Notes: generated by a model from the sequence alone, not told the origin. A DNA stretch of 32,000 bases from Ureaplasma parvum serovar 3 str. ATCC 27815 (GCF_000019345.1 NC_010503.1:360001-392000); one strand, 5' to 3'; counted from the first letter of the stretch, positions 1 through 11,771 are shown. Numbers and translations: made by a program.

Positions 1-3000
1 CAAAGCCTCTTTTATAGGTCTTTGCCTTTTATTGTTTGTGTCAATCTTTAGTTTTAGTATGTTAACAAATCTTTCTAAAACATTAACAAGATCATATACA
101 AACTTAGTCAATAGACAAAAATTACATGATATAACTGTTAATGAAAGTTATATTGAAGATCAAAAAGATATTAAACAAGCTCAATTCAATAAGCTTTTAG
201 AAGAATTAAAAGTTTTTTATGCACAAAAAGGTTTGAATTTTGATTGAACTCGTTCTAATTCATTGATTGTTAATTCGACAAAAGATGATATTACTTATAA
301 AATTGTTCAGTATTCAACAAGTAAAACGATTAATACATTCGATAAACAAACAAGTGAACGTTTGATTAAAAATAGTTTTTCTGATATTGATTTATATGGG
401 ATTTTAAATAATGCTAAAGTAGATGTTATTGATTTAATCAAAACTAAAACTTTAAATGCCAGTTTTGTCATTAATAATTTAAAAGAATTAGACAATAAAC
501 AAAAAAGTAATTTGGTAAAATTAGCTAAAGTTGATAATTACGATGTTAGTATTAGTCAACAAGCACGACTTTATTTATTAAAAAATATTGTTTATGGTGC
601 ATGACCATCAAAAACCAATAATTTATATAAAAAATTTAAAAAAGCTTATGAATATAGTCTAGAAGATAAAAATTACGATCCTTTAATTGGTAATATAAAA
701 TTAAACAACAAAGCTAATTTTGATATTTTAGAAGCAAAAGAGATTAGCACACAATTCATTTTAATGTTATATCCATCAAAAAAAGGTATAAGTATAAATG
801 GTAATGTTAATACTATTGTTAAAGGGCATCGAATAACTTTTAGTTTTGAACCCGCAGGGATTCCTATTCCAGTCTATTTTGATGTTAAATCTGCATACGC
901 ATTAGTTGGTTTAGGTGCTTTTTTGTCTAATCATAACAAACAAAAATACCCAATGTATTTATGACAAAAAGCTTTAGTCGACCACGAAGAACAACAAAGT
1001 TTTGAAAAGTGATTCAATAGTTTGGATGAAAAATATATTATTCATATTGATAACACACCTTATTTAATTTTAGATAGTGGTATTACTCCTGATTTTATGT
1101 ATCCGATTATCTCATTCACTTCTGTTATTCCTAATCCAAAAAAAGAAGGACTAGTATATGTTAACTTAAATGGATATGCCCGTATTTACGATGCTTTTAG
1201 ATCTAATCCAATTGAAAATAATTTACAAATTCGTATCACAAATCAAAAGCATCAATCCGTTGATATCAGTATTTTAAAAAAAATTGTTAAAAATTTAAAT
1301 GATCAAATTAAAAAAGATGCTATCATGAACTGACCAACAAGTTTAGATGCTGCTTATTTAAAAGATGATACTAATAATCATATTACACCAAGCCCATTAA
1401 GATTAGTTTTCATTAACAAAATTACGAACACAATACAAACTTTTAGTGTTTTAATAACTTTATTTATTTTGATTCTAACAATTTTTGTAATTGTTATCAT
1501 CATCAACCGTTTTTTAGCACAAAATAAAATTAATATTGGTATTTCTATTGCTAATGGTGTTCCTCGTTGAAAAATCATTTTAAGTTTTGCTTTTATTGGA
1601 TTAATTCCATGTGTTATTGGTGGATTATGCGGTTATTTAACAGCTTATTTTACTCAAAATTTAGCAATTAATATTTTTAGTGGTTATTGATTAATTCCTA
1701 CAGTTTTAGAAAACTTTAATTTTGGTGCTTTAATAACAGTTATTATTTTCCCTTTTTTGTTGTTTTTTATTTTAATAGTTGGATTAGGTTATTGATCAAT
1801 AAGAAAACCACCAATTGATTTAATGCGTGGAACTGAAACATTTAAAATTTCTAAAATTGTTTATGTAATTAAATTTCCATTTAAATATATTAGTGGTTTT
1901 AATAAGTATTTAATTACACTATCTTTTTCATCAATTACAAGAATTATTATTTTTTCAATTATGATTGCTTTATCATTTGGATCGATTATGTTTTTAACTG
2001 GAACAAGAGGTAAAATTAAACAAACTATAGATGCAACATTACAAACAAAAAAATATCGTTATGGAATTGATTTAATAACACCAACAGATCAAGGTGGTCA
2101 ATATATTTCTTTAAGTACAAATCAAATTGGTTCTACATTAAATGATAATGATAATCATGAATTGACACAGAAATATGAAAGTAGTGATTATAAAGATTTT
2201 ATTAATTCACCGTTATTTAAAAATTTACAGAATTTGAAGTTAATTGGTGCAAAAGATGACCAGCGTCGAATTTATGATTTAAACTATATTGCTAATGCCT
2301 TTCAAGTTAAGCAATTTTTAGATTTTAATTTTGGCATTGGTGATGTTAATAGTGGTAGTTCAAGTAATCCATGAAGTATTACAAAGTCTTTAATACCTGA
2401 AAATAATTTACAAATTTTAAATGAAACTTATAAAAAATGATGTTCAAAATTAATTAATGACCATAGCATTTTTTCGAAACAATTAATTGAAAAAGGTGTT
2501 AATGAATTAGCTTATGATATTTTAAATATTCGTAATAGTTATGATCCTAATGAATATTTTAATTATTTTACATTTAAGAGTATTGTTGATACATATTTAA
2601 AACGATTTAATAAGTCTTTTTTAGATCAACATGTTACGTATGAAATTTTAGTACGCGTGCATAATAATTTATTTAATTATAAAAATATTTATGGAAAATT
2701 GGTTTTTAAAAATAATCAATGAATAATTAATTTTAAAGATAATAATTTTCCAATTGATGATCAAAACTTTGTTAGTGCTATTTATTATAAAAAACCTAAT
2801 GAGCAAAATTATGATTTAAAAAAATATATTTTTAAAAATGATGATTTGATTTATGATGAAGTTTATTTTGAACGTAATAGCAAACAAAATTATCATAAAC
2901 TAACTTATCAAACTTTTAGTTCTTATTTTAGAGCACGTTTTTTAAAATTTGATCCAGAAGGGGATTTTGATTATTATTTACCATTAAAATATTTTAATGC

Positions 3001-4681
3001 AACAATTGTTAGAAAAGAATTATTAGAGAATGCAATTAATAATGAAATTCTTTTTAAAAATGACGAAAATAAAATCATTAAAAAAATTAATTTTAAAAGT
3101 GATAATGATATAGTTGTTACTAAAATCAATGATTTAACTTATCAAGTTAAAAATATTATTAATCAACAGATTTATCTTTATTCTCCAAAACCCATTAAAC
3201 GTTCTTATAGAATTGATCCAGCAAAAGCTACAAATGCTATTAAAACAGGATTATCTATTAAATTGGATAATGATTTTATTAATTTAGTATTATTAACTCA
3301 TCCATCAATTAATCCATCGTATGCAGATGTTTGGTCAGGTATCACATTTAATATGGTAGGTTTTGATTATTTAACAAAAAATGATAAAACACAGTTAAAC
3401 GAATTTGATGAACCTTATATTTGAATTGATGCTCAGATTAATAAAATTAATAATCAAAAATATGAAGAAGCTAAAAATCCTAAAATTATTGGAATTATTA
3501 AGAATTCAAAGTTAGTGCATTTATTATCCAATAAAAAACAGATTAATAATTTATTATTTAATAAAAATGATGAGCAAGTAGCAATTATTAATCGAGTAGC
3601 TGCCAAATATTACAATTTAAAAATTGGTGATCATTTTAGTTTTGTTGCTAATAATCAAACAAATCGTTATACCAAAGATTACATAAAAAAACAAATCACT
3701 TTAAAAGTAGTTGGTATAATTGATACTTATCAGGGGATCGAAATTTATACAGGGATTAAAAATGCCGCTGAAATTTTAGGAATGCATAGTTCGCCATATG
3801 CTGATAAATCACTTTATGATGAATACGATGGTGCTTTCAATGGAATTTTTACAAATAAAAATAATCCAGCAATGTTAACACGTATTATTTCTATTTACTC
3901 ACCTTCGGGACTATATCCTATTTCTGAAACATGAAAAAAAGATGCACCAACTATTAATCTAATTAAAAATATTTTAAGTGATAAATATACTACATATGAA
4001 TTAAATAATAAATGAGATCCCAAATCATTAGTTTTAAACTCTCGCTTATCTTTAACTAAAGCCTTAGGTTATAAAAATTTTGATGAACTTAAATTAGATG
4101 CACGCAATATTTATGATGACAACCATAATTATTTAGGATTAAGAGATGAACAAGCTCAAGCAGAATGGGTAATTGATAAACTAATCAGTATTTATGGGCG
4201 TGATACTTATTCATCTACTTTAAATAATGTTGAAGTAGTTGACGTATTATTTGCAGTTTTAGAAACTGCTTCAAAAACAATTCAAACTGTTGAAATTGTT
4301 GTGATCTTTTTAATATTATTTATTATTATATTAGTACTTGTTTTAATTTCTATTAATTCATTGTCTGATACATTAAAAGTCGCTAAATTACTAAAAAATA
4401 TTGGTTATAGTGATTTAAAGAATGCTAAGTTATTTTTAATGGCTTTTTTACCATCATTAATAATTGGATCAATTATTTCAATTCCACTAGTTATTGTAGT
4501 AATGCAAGTATTTAGCGAAATAATATTTAATAGTTTAAATGTTTTATTAACAACTAGTTTTATTTGGTGACATTTTTTAATTATTTTATTAATTGTTGCT
4601 ATCATTTTCTTATTAATGTGAGCGATTGCAATTTGAATCTTAAGAAGATCAAATATTGCTGATGCAAGTAAACGTAATTAG
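1..4681 (+). CDS. ABC transporter permease, large tandem FtsX/MacB-type, 5'-truncated by the window edge (first full codon at nt 2)
   Basis: Eight track ORFs (32-247, 263-604, 764-964, 1022-1333, 1823-2374, 2846-3424, 3515-3934, 4301-4570) are all in frame 2. I read through every gap and found only TGA codons, so the frame is open from nt 2 to TAG 4679-4681. Two FtsX-like membrane modules are present: IGISIANGVPRWKIILSFAFIGLIPCVIGGLCGYLTAYF (about nt 1540-1800) and LLKNIGYSDLKNAKLFLMAFLPSLIIGSIISIPLVIVVMQ (about nt 4390-4520). Each follows a long soluble segment. Confidence 0.8.
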
Positions 4682-4707
4682 AAATTTAAAAAATATTTAG
4701 AATGTTA

Positions 4708-4716
4708 TGATATAAT
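4708..4716 (+). promoter_or_regulatory. Candidate extended -10 promoter element (TGaTATAAT) upstream of nusA
   Basis: tgatataat at 4708-4716, about 78 nt upstream of the nusA ATG. There is no convincing -35 (only tttaaa at 4685-4690). The same TGnTATAAT pattern precedes dnaK and the 19494 gene. Confidence 0.4.
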
Positions 4717-4740
4717 TTAACCAATAAGTAAAATGTGAAT

Positions 4741-4775
4741 GAAATGACGACCTTAGGGTTGTCATTTCTTATTTA
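4741..4775 (+). terminator. Stem-loop with U-rich tail: either the ABC permease terminator or a nusA leader attenuator
   Basis: gaaatgac (4741-4748) pairs with gtcatttc (4761-4768), with further acc/ggt pairing inside the loop, followed by ttattta. It lies 60 nt after the permease stop and 26 nt before the nusA ATG. Confidence 0.5.
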
Positions 4776-4793
4776 TATGAAAGGTTATAAAAA

Positions 4794-6170
4794 ATGTCTA
4801 ACTCATTTAAATCAAAAGAATTTATTGAATACTTTAAAGATACAGCAAAACAAAATGAAATTGAATTTGAAGTTTTATCTTCAATTATTAAAGAAGCATT
4901 TGAAAAAGCTTATTTACGAACACATCCTGGTGAAAATTTTGAAACAAATATTGATCTTAAACAAGGAACAATTAATTGTTTTCGAAATTTAGTGGTCGTT
5001 GAGAATGAAAAAGTACATAATGAAGATTTAGAAACATGTTTGGATGATGCTGTTGAAATTTTATTAGATGATGCTCGTAAAATCAATGCAAATGCTCAAA
5101 TTGGCGATCTTATTAAACAACATATTTCAATTGATAATTTTAAAAGTATTGAAGTAGGTCAAATTGGAAGTTTATTGCGTCAAAAAATTACTGAAATTCA
5201 TAATAAAAGAGTAGCTGATTTTTGAAAACCATCTTTAATGAAAATGATTCGTGCAAAAGTTGCAGAAGTTAATTATAACAAACAACGTAATGAAATTACT
5301 GGAGTAAAAGTTGAACTAGATGACCAATGAAAAACATTAGGTTATTTAAGTCGTAAAGATCGTATTGGTGATGAAAAGTTTAAGGTTGGTGAAACTTATG
5401 ATTTTCTTATTAAAGAAGTTAAAGAACAAAGCCGTTTATGGCCAATTTTACTATCTAGAACAGAGCCAGAATTAGTTGAAGAAATTTTAAAACGCGAAGT
5501 TGTTGATATTAAAAATGGAAATATTGAAATCAAAAAAATTGCTCGAATAGCTGGTTTTAAAACTAAGGTAGCTGTAAGCACTAATTTATTAAATATTGAA
5601 CCAGTTGCTGTTGTTGTCGGAAATAAAGGTTTAACTATAACGTCAATTTCTAAACAATTAAATAATGAACGTATTGATATTATTCGTTATGCTGATGACA
5701 AACGTATTTTTATTGCTAATGCCATTGGTTTAGATAAATTAAAAGGACTTTTAGTTCAAGAAAATGAAAGTGGTCAACGTTCTGCAATTGCTATTGTAAG
5801 CAAGGATGATTTACCAAGTGTTATCGGTCGTGGTGGAGCAAATATTCGTTTAATTGCTAAAATTACTGAATGAAATATTGATGTAAAAACAATTGAGCAA
5901 GCATTCGAAGAAAATATTTTATACGAAAAATTTGATGAAAAAATTTATCGTTCATGAAATATTGAATCAATTAATAAAAAAAATGTCACAAATGATGAAA
6001 TGTTAGCTTTAATTGATAGTATAGAAGATGATAAAATTGAACAAGATGTCCAATTAAATCACCCATTAAAACAACAAGAAAAAAAAGTTGTTTCTTCAAA
6101 TGATGAAGATGGTGAAAATGATGAAACACAATTAGAATATCTTGAAGGATTCGAAGATTTTAAATTCTAA
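4794..6170 (+). CDS. nusA: Transcription termination/antitermination factor NusA
   Basis: Track ORF 4794-5225 continues in frame 0 through 4 TGA codons to TAA 6168-6170. It has an S1-like segment (KVGETYDFLIKEVKEQSRLWPILLSRTEPELV) and KH motifs (VVVGNKGLTITSISKQL and VIGRGGANIRLIAKITEWNIDV). Synteny is nusA-ylxR-infB-rbfA. Confidence 0.95.
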
Positions 6171-6180
6171 TTTAAATATT

Positions 6181-6432
6181 ATGGCAATGAAAGTTAATGA
6201 AAGAACTTGTGTTTTTAGTAAAGAAAAATATCCTAAAGATCATTTAGTTCGCTTTGTTATTATTAACGGTGAGTTAATTTTTAGTTTGAATTATCATCGT
6301 GGGTATTATTTAATGATTCAAAAGAATACAAACATTCAAAAGGTGTGTCAATTTCTAAAAAAACGTTTTATGATTAAAAACGAAGAACAAGTTTATCGGA
6401 TTTTAGAGCAATTAATTCAATCATTAATTTAA
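6181..6432 (+). CDS. ylxR: YlxR/DUF448 family RNA-binding protein (RnpM-like)
   Basis: MAMKVNERTCVFSKEKYPKDHLVRFV matches the R-x-C...K-x-x-L-x-R-F-V signature of YlxR, and the gene sits in the conserved slot between nusA and infB. I prefer ATG 6181 over the track's 6142 start, which overlaps the nusA 3' end. Confidence 0.8.
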   Translation: MAMKVNERTCVFSKEKYPKDHLVRFVIINGELIFSLNYHRGYYLMIQKNTNIQKVCQFLKKRFMIKNEEQVYRILEQLIQSLI

Positions 6433-6466
6433 AATATATAGAGTAATATAAGTAAGAGGTAAAAAT

Positions 6467-8311
6467 ATGGCGAAAAAAAATATCAAACAAAAGAAAGATA
6501 ATCGGATAGCAATCGATGTAAAAAAACACATTAAAAAAGTTGATGTTGGGGTTTTTGATGGTACATTTGTTTTCACATCACCTCTTAGTATTTCAGAATT
6601 AGCACCAAAACTAAATAAAAGTCCAAACGAAATTATTATGCGTTATTTCAAAAAAGGTGTTGTTTATAACTTAAACACTATTTTAGATGAAGAACAAATT
6701 GGTGAGTTATGTTTAGAATATGATTTAGATTTTAAAATTGAAAAGAATGTTAACACTGAAAATCTTTTAGAAAATATTTATTTTGATGATCTAGAAATTG
6801 ATTTGGTTGCTCGTGCTCCAATTGTAACAATTATGGGTCATGTTGATCATGGTAAAACAACACTTTTAGATACTATTCGTAAATCATCAATAACAGCATC
6901 AGAAGCTGGAGGAATTACTCAACATATTGGAGCTTATCAAATTATAAAAGACAATAGAGCAATTACTTTTATTGATACACCCGGACATGAAGCCTTTACT
7001 GAAATGCGTGCTCGCGGAGCAAATTTAACAGATATTGTGATTTTAGTTGTTGCTGCTGATGATGGTATTAAAATGCAAACTGAAGAAGCAATTGATCATG
7101 CTAAAGCTGCTAATGTTCCTATTATTGTTTTTGTTAATAAAATGGATAAATACGAAGCAAATCCTGAAAAAGTTTTAAATCAATTAAGTGCTAAAGAAAT
7201 TGTTGCTGAAGAGCTTGGTGGTGATGTTGTTTTTGTTAAAGGCTCAGCATTGAAAAATGAAGGAATTTCTGAATTATTAGATTCAATTTTATTGATTGCT
7301 GAATTAAATAATTACAAAGCTAATCCTAATCGTTTAGCTTATGGAACTACAATTGAAGCAAATTTGGATAAAGGTCATGGTCCTCTTGCTACATTGTTAG
7401 TTCAAAATGGCACATTACGAAAAGGTGATTATTTAGTTGTTGGTTCAACATATGGAAAAATTCGTAATATGTTTGATGAATATGACAACGAAATTGAAAT
7501 AGCATTACCTTCAAAACCTGTTAAAGTTTCTGGATTTGAAGAAGTACCAACAGCCGGTGATAAATTTTTAGCTTTAGCTGATGAAAAACAAGCACGTGCA
7601 ATAGCAAATGATGTTAAACAAAAGAAAATGCGTTTAGAACGTGCAATGTTACAAAGTTCGGATATTCGAACAAAAATTGCTAATGGTGAATTAAAAAATA
7701 TTAATTTAATTATTAAAGCTGATGTTCAAGGTTCACTTGAAGCTTTAAAAGGAATTTTTAGTAGCATTAACATTGAAGGTGTGACTACGACACTAATACG
7801 GAGTGCAATTGGAACAATTAGTGAAAGTGATGTGCGTTTAGCACAGACTTCTGATGCAATAATTATTGGTTTTAATGTCCGTGCTAGTCGAATTATTAAA
7901 GATTTAGCTGATTCAGTCGGTGTACAAATTATGAATTATGACATTATTTATAAATTTAAAGAAGATTTAGAATTATGAATGAAAGGTACATTAGACCCAA
8001 TTATTATTGAAGAAGTGATTGGCGAAGCCAAAGTTCTTAAATTATTTAAACACAGTCAAGTTGGAACAATTTGTGGTTGTCGAGTAATTAATGGTAAAAT
8101 TAAAAGAAATGCTTTGGTTCGTGTTTTACGTGATGGTATTGTTATATATAATTCAAAAATTGCGACATTACAACACAATAAAGATAGTGTTAATGAAGTT
8201 ATTGCTGATAAAGAATGCGGATTAACAATTGCAAACTTTAATGATATTAAAGAGAACGATATTATTGAAGTTTATATTAAAGTTGAAAAGAAACATGATG
8301 AGGTTAAATAA
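6467..8311 (+). CDS. infB: Translation initiation factor IF-2
   Basis: Track ORFs 6467-7978 and 7979-8311 are contiguous in frame 2, joined by one TGA. GTPase motifs are [20 protein letters not shown] and NKMD. A GAGG Shine-Dalgarno (aagaggt) lies upstream. Confidence 0.97.
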
Positions 8312-8318
8312 ATAAAAT

Positions 8319-8669
8319 ATGGCAAACGAAGTTCGAGTTGCAAGGTTAGAATCTTTAATTAAAGATGTTATTAATAATGCGTTAGCGAATGAAATTAATG
8401 ATAAAATTGCAAAATTAGCACGTGTAACTGCAGTGCGTTTAAGTAATGATTTATCAGTAGCAAAGATTTTTTTAGACGCTCATAAACGCGAAAGTATGCT
8501 TAAAGTTTTAGAAAATGTTAATAAAGTTAGTGGCTTATTGCGTTCAAAATTAGCTGCGGAATGAACTAGTTATAAAGTACCGGAATTGCGCTTTGTAATC
8601 GATGAAACTATTGATTATGCTAATCATATTGATGAATTATTTAAAAAAATTAAACAACAAGAAAATTAA
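8319..8669 (+). CDS. rbfA: Ribosome-binding factor A
   Basis: RVARLESLIKDVINNALANEI...ARVTAVRLSNDLSVAKIF is typical of RbfA. The frame continues through TGA 8562-8564 to TAA 8667-8669, directly downstream of infB. Confidence 0.9.
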
Positions 8670-8676
8670 TTATCCA

Positions 8677-9087
8677 ATGTTAAAAAAACAAAATAAAAAT
8701 AAAGAACAACACTGATTAGAAAAACATTTACGACAAAAAACAGGTTTGATTATTTCTTGATCAATTATTTTTGGTGTTTTAGTTTTATTATCAATTGGTT
8801 TTGGTTTAATTCTACATTTTTTTAACTCAAATAATTTAAGTATTCAATTAAGCTTTATTATTAATCTCAATAAATACTTAGTTAATATTACTAAAATATT
8901 AGATTATATCGGTTTTGCTTTAATTTATTTACCAATTATTTTTTTATTAGGTTGTTGAATTACTGGAATTAATGGCGTGCACGAATCATTATACTATCAT
9001 GTGTTTATTTGATTATTTTATTTCATTAGTGTTATTTTATTAATCATTACCATTTGTTTAAGTATTGCGACACACATATATTATTAA
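8677..9087 (+). CDS. Small hypothetical membrane protein (136 aa, about 4 predicted TM helices)
   Basis: It is absent from the ORF track because 4 in-frame TGA codons break it. Hand translation from ATG 8677 gives MLKKQNKNKEQHWLEKHLRQKTGLIISWSIIFGVLVLLSIGFGLILHFF...ICLSIATHIYY with TAA at 9085-9087. A strong terminator follows immediately. Confidence 0.6.
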
Positions 9088-9117
9088 AAAAGATAGGGTC
9101 ATACTCCTATCTTTTTT
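9086..9117. terminator. Bidirectional intrinsic terminator between convergent genes
   Basis: aaaaaagatagg (9086-9097) and cctatctttttt (9106-9117) form a 12-bp stem around an 8-nt loop. The A-run and T-run allow function on both strands. It lies between the + gene ending at 9087 and the - gene ending at 9167. Confidence 0.8.
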
Positions 9118-9166
9118 AATTAATTTTTTATTGTATTTATCTTAATATTATAATCATTTTTAAATA

Positions 9167-9862
9167 TTAAAATTTAAGTTGATTGTTGTATATTTTTGCA
9201 TTTTTACAATATTTTAAAACAAAGTCCCAAAAGGATTTTTGATGATGTTGATATTTTATGTGGGCTAATTCATGAATAACAACATAATTAATGATATCTT
9301 GATCATAATGAACTAAAAAATACGAAAGGCCAATCGTGTGTTTTATTTTATTATAGACACCTCATTGGCTTTTGTAAAAGCCAAATACATATTTTTTTAC
9401 AGTTAGAGTAGTTATATTTTGGGCATTTTTAATAATTTGTGGAAAAATTATTTCTGCTAGGTATATTAAAATTTTTTGATAAAGCAATTTTGTATTAGTT
9501 AAATTCTGATTTTGATCATAAAGATAAATGATTTGTTTTTGAAAATTGAATTGACAATGAAAATTGTTATTTTTTATTTTTATAGTCGTAAATTTTATTC
9601 CTAATAAGATGATTCAATCTAAAGATTGTTCATCATACTTAATTTTCTTTAAGTCATTTTCATATATTTTTAAAATTTTTAACTTATTATTTTTAATAAA
9701 TTCTTCAGCAATATTAATTAATTTTAAGTGATTGATCAAACAAACAATTTGATGATTAATGATTTTGATTTTAATATATTTAATTCTTGGTTGTAAATAA
9801 ATTTTAATAAAATATTTTTTTTGATTAATTTCAAAATTTAATTCTTTAACAAAACTTAACAT
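9167..9862 (-). CDS. DUF45/YgjP-like (M48-type) zinc metallopeptidase-fold protein
   Basis: Track ORF 9614-9862 (-) continues through 3 TGA codons to TAA (complement of 9167-9169); the 696 nt length is in frame. The C-terminal half reads KSQWGVYNKIKHTIGLSYFLVHYDQDIINYVVIHELAHIKYQHHQKSFWDFV. That is the W-G-x...HELAH...H...FW pattern of DUF45 proteins, with an intact HEXXH. Confidence 0.75.
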
Positions 9863-9874
9863 AAATAATATATA

Positions 9875-11674
9875 TTAGTTTTCACTTAAAACTTTTACAA
9901 AAGCATCTTGAGGAACATCAACATTACCAATCGCTTTTAGACGTTTTTTACCTTCTTTTTGTTGTTCTAGAAGTTTTTTCTTTCTTGAAACATCTCCACC
10001 ATAGCATTTAGCAATCACATCCTTGCGTACTGCTTTAATAGTTTCACGAGCAATAATTTTTGAACCAATTGAAGCTTGAATAGGAATTTCAAATTGATGT
10101 TTTGGAATAACCTCTTTTAGACGTTCACAAATAATTTTTGACTTCCCATAAGCAAAATCACGATGAGCAATAATACTTAAAGCATCAACTTTATTACCAT
10201 TTAACATAATATCGATTTTGACTAATTTTTCAGCTTGGTAACCAATTAGTTCATAGTCCATTGTTGCATATCCTTTAGTAATTGATTTTAGTGAATCAAA
10301 AAAACTGTACATAATTTCAGCTAATGGCATTTTATAAATTAATTTTCGTCTTGTACCGTCAATAACTTCTAGATCATCATATATTCCTCTTCGGGACTGA
10401 CATAATTCCATAATTGCACCAACATAATTATCTGGTGTAATGATTGCTAATTTAACAAATGGTTCTTTAATAAGTTTAATACTAGTTGGTTCAGGCATTT
10501 TAGCAGGACTATCAATACTAATTTCTTGATTATTTGTTAATTCAATTTTATATATTACTGAAGGGGCAGTTAAAATTAATTCAATATTAAATTCACGAGC
10601 AATTCGTTCACGAATAACATCCATATGTAATAAACCTAAAAATCCACAACGAATTCCAAATCCTAGTGCTTGCGATGTTTCATATTCATAAGTTAATGCA
10701 GCATCAGATAAGGAGATTTTAGCCATAGCTTCTTTTAAATCATCATATTGACTAGTATCAATTGGGTATAAGCCACAATAAACCATTGGTAAAATTTTTT
10801 TATAACCTGGTAGTGGTTTATCAGCAGGATTATTGGTATGAGTAATAGTATCACCCACATTAATATCTTTGACTGTTTTGATAGCTGCAGCTACCCAACC
10901 AACTTCTCCGGCTACCAATTCTGTTTTATTAACAATTTTTGGTGTTCTAATTCCTAATTCACTAACAATATAATCTTTATTGTTAGCCATCATACGAATT
11001 TTATCTCCAACTTTAATTGTTCCTTGTTTTACACGTACTAAACAAACAACACCTTTATAAGAATCATAAAAAGAATCAAATATTAAGGCTTGTAATTTAG
11101 CATCATCTTTAGCATCTAATGGAGGTGGAACGTGTTTAATTATTGCTTCTAATACATCTTGAATGTTTAACCCCGTTTTTGCTGAAATTAAAGGCACATC
11201 CGCTGTATCTAAACCAATAACGTCTTCGATTTCTTTTTTAACACGATTAGGGTCTGCTGATGGTAAATCAATTTTATTAATTGTTGGAACAATCTCTAAA
11301 TTGTTTTCTAATGCTAAGTAAACATTAGATAAAGTTTGGGCTTCAATTCCTTGTGCAGCATCAACAACTAGAATTGCTCCCTCACATGCTGCTAAACTTC
11401 GTGAAACTTCGTAAGTAAAATCGACGTGACCGGGAGTGTCAATTAAGTGAATTAAATATTCATGTTTATCTTTAGCATGATATTTAATTTGTACAGCATT
11501 TAATTTAATAGTAATTCCACGTTCACGTTCTATATCCATAGAATCTAAAATTTGGTTTGTCATTTCACGTTTACTCAAAGTATTTGTAAATTCAATAATT
11601 CGATCAGATAATGTTGACTTCCCATGATCAATATGGGCAATAATACTAAAATTACGGATGAATTTTTTATCCAT
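9875..11674 (-). CDS. lepA: Elongation factor 4 (LepA)
   Basis: Motifs are [23 protein letters not shown] and NKIDL, with the LepA-specific C-terminus ...[36 protein letters not shown]. The start is set at [12 protein letters not shown] (11674), which aligns with the canonical N-terminus, rather than the track's 11710. Confidence 0.97.
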   Translation of the reverse strand: MDKKFIRNFSIIAHIDHGKSTLSDRIIEFTNTLSKREMTNQILDSMDIERERGITIKLNAVQIKYHAKDKHEYLIHLIDTPGHVDFTYEVSRSLAACEGAILVVDAAQGIEAQTLSNVYLALENNLEIVPTINKIDLPSADPNRVKKEIEDVIGLDTADVPLISAKTGLNIQDVLEAIIKHVPPPLDAKDDAKLQALIFDSFYDSYKGVVCLVRVKQGTIKVGDKIRMMANNKDYIVSELGIRTPKIVNKTELVAGEVGWVAAAIKTVKDINVGDTITHTNNPADKPLPGYKKILPMVYCGLYPIDTSQYDDLKEAMAKISLSDAALTYEYETSQALGFGIRCGFLGLLHMDVIRERIAREFNIELILTAPSVIYKIELTNNQEISIDSPAKMPEPTSIKLIKEPFVKLAIITPDNYVGAIMELCQSRRGIYDDLEVIDGTRRKLIYKMPLAEIMYSFFDSLKSITKGYATMDYELIGYQAEKLVKIDIMLNGNKVDALSIIAHRDFAYGKSKIICERLKEVIPKHQFEIPIQASIGSKIIARETIKAVRKDVIAKCYGGDVSRKKKLLEQQKEGKKRLKAIGNVDVPQDAFVKVLSEN

Positions 11675-11735
11675 ATAACAATCACTCTTTACTTTTTTTA
11701 AAAATATCAATATATTTTAAATTATTTTAAAGTAA

Positions 11736-11771
11736 TAAAAATAAAAAACAACTCTATTTAAAGAGTTGTTT
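11736..11771 (-). terminator. Intrinsic terminator after lemA
   Basis: aaacaactct (11746-11755) and agagttgttt (11762-11771) form a 10-bp stem with a 6-nt loop. On the minus strand it is followed by a U-rich run (complement of taaaaataaa, 11736-11745). Confidence 0.7.

Noticed and set aside
307-495. Antisense or overlapping track ORFs: 307-495(-), 1378-1578(-), 4405-4605(-), 5396-5581(-), 16557-16754(-), 25821-26051(-), 26951-27172(-), 27057-27260(-), 29612-29845(-)
   Set aside because: Each lies entirely inside a well-supported gene on the opposite strand (permease, nusA, dnaK, cmk and others). Each has low-complexity Leu/Ile/Lys-rich translations typical of chance ORFs in AT-rich DNA, and none has a start context.
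4735-4992. Track ORF 4735-4992(+), overlapping the nusA start in another frame; also 24400-24597(+) inside the 23781 gene
   Set aside because: Both are out of frame with strongly supported genes. The first would begin inside the leader hairpin, and neither shows a motif. I treat them as spurious.
6470-6480. Poly-A tracts of 8-9 nt (for example 6473-6480 in infB, about 16181-16189, about 17743-17750, about 20494-20501, about 21486-21493) as possible phase-variation switches
   Set aside because: Such runs are expected by chance at this base composition. They lie in-frame within intact genes, including essential infB. Without population or read data there is no evidence of length variation.
11675-11710. 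Longer N-terminal extensions offered by the track: lepA 11710, udk 18774, dnaK GTG 25834, 30223 GTG, 27706, 6142, 19464
   Set aside because: In each case the downstream ATG aligns with the conserved family N-terminus and/or sits at proper spacing from a Shine-Dalgarno-like element. The upstream start overlaps the Shine-Dalgarno, the promoter or the preceding gene.
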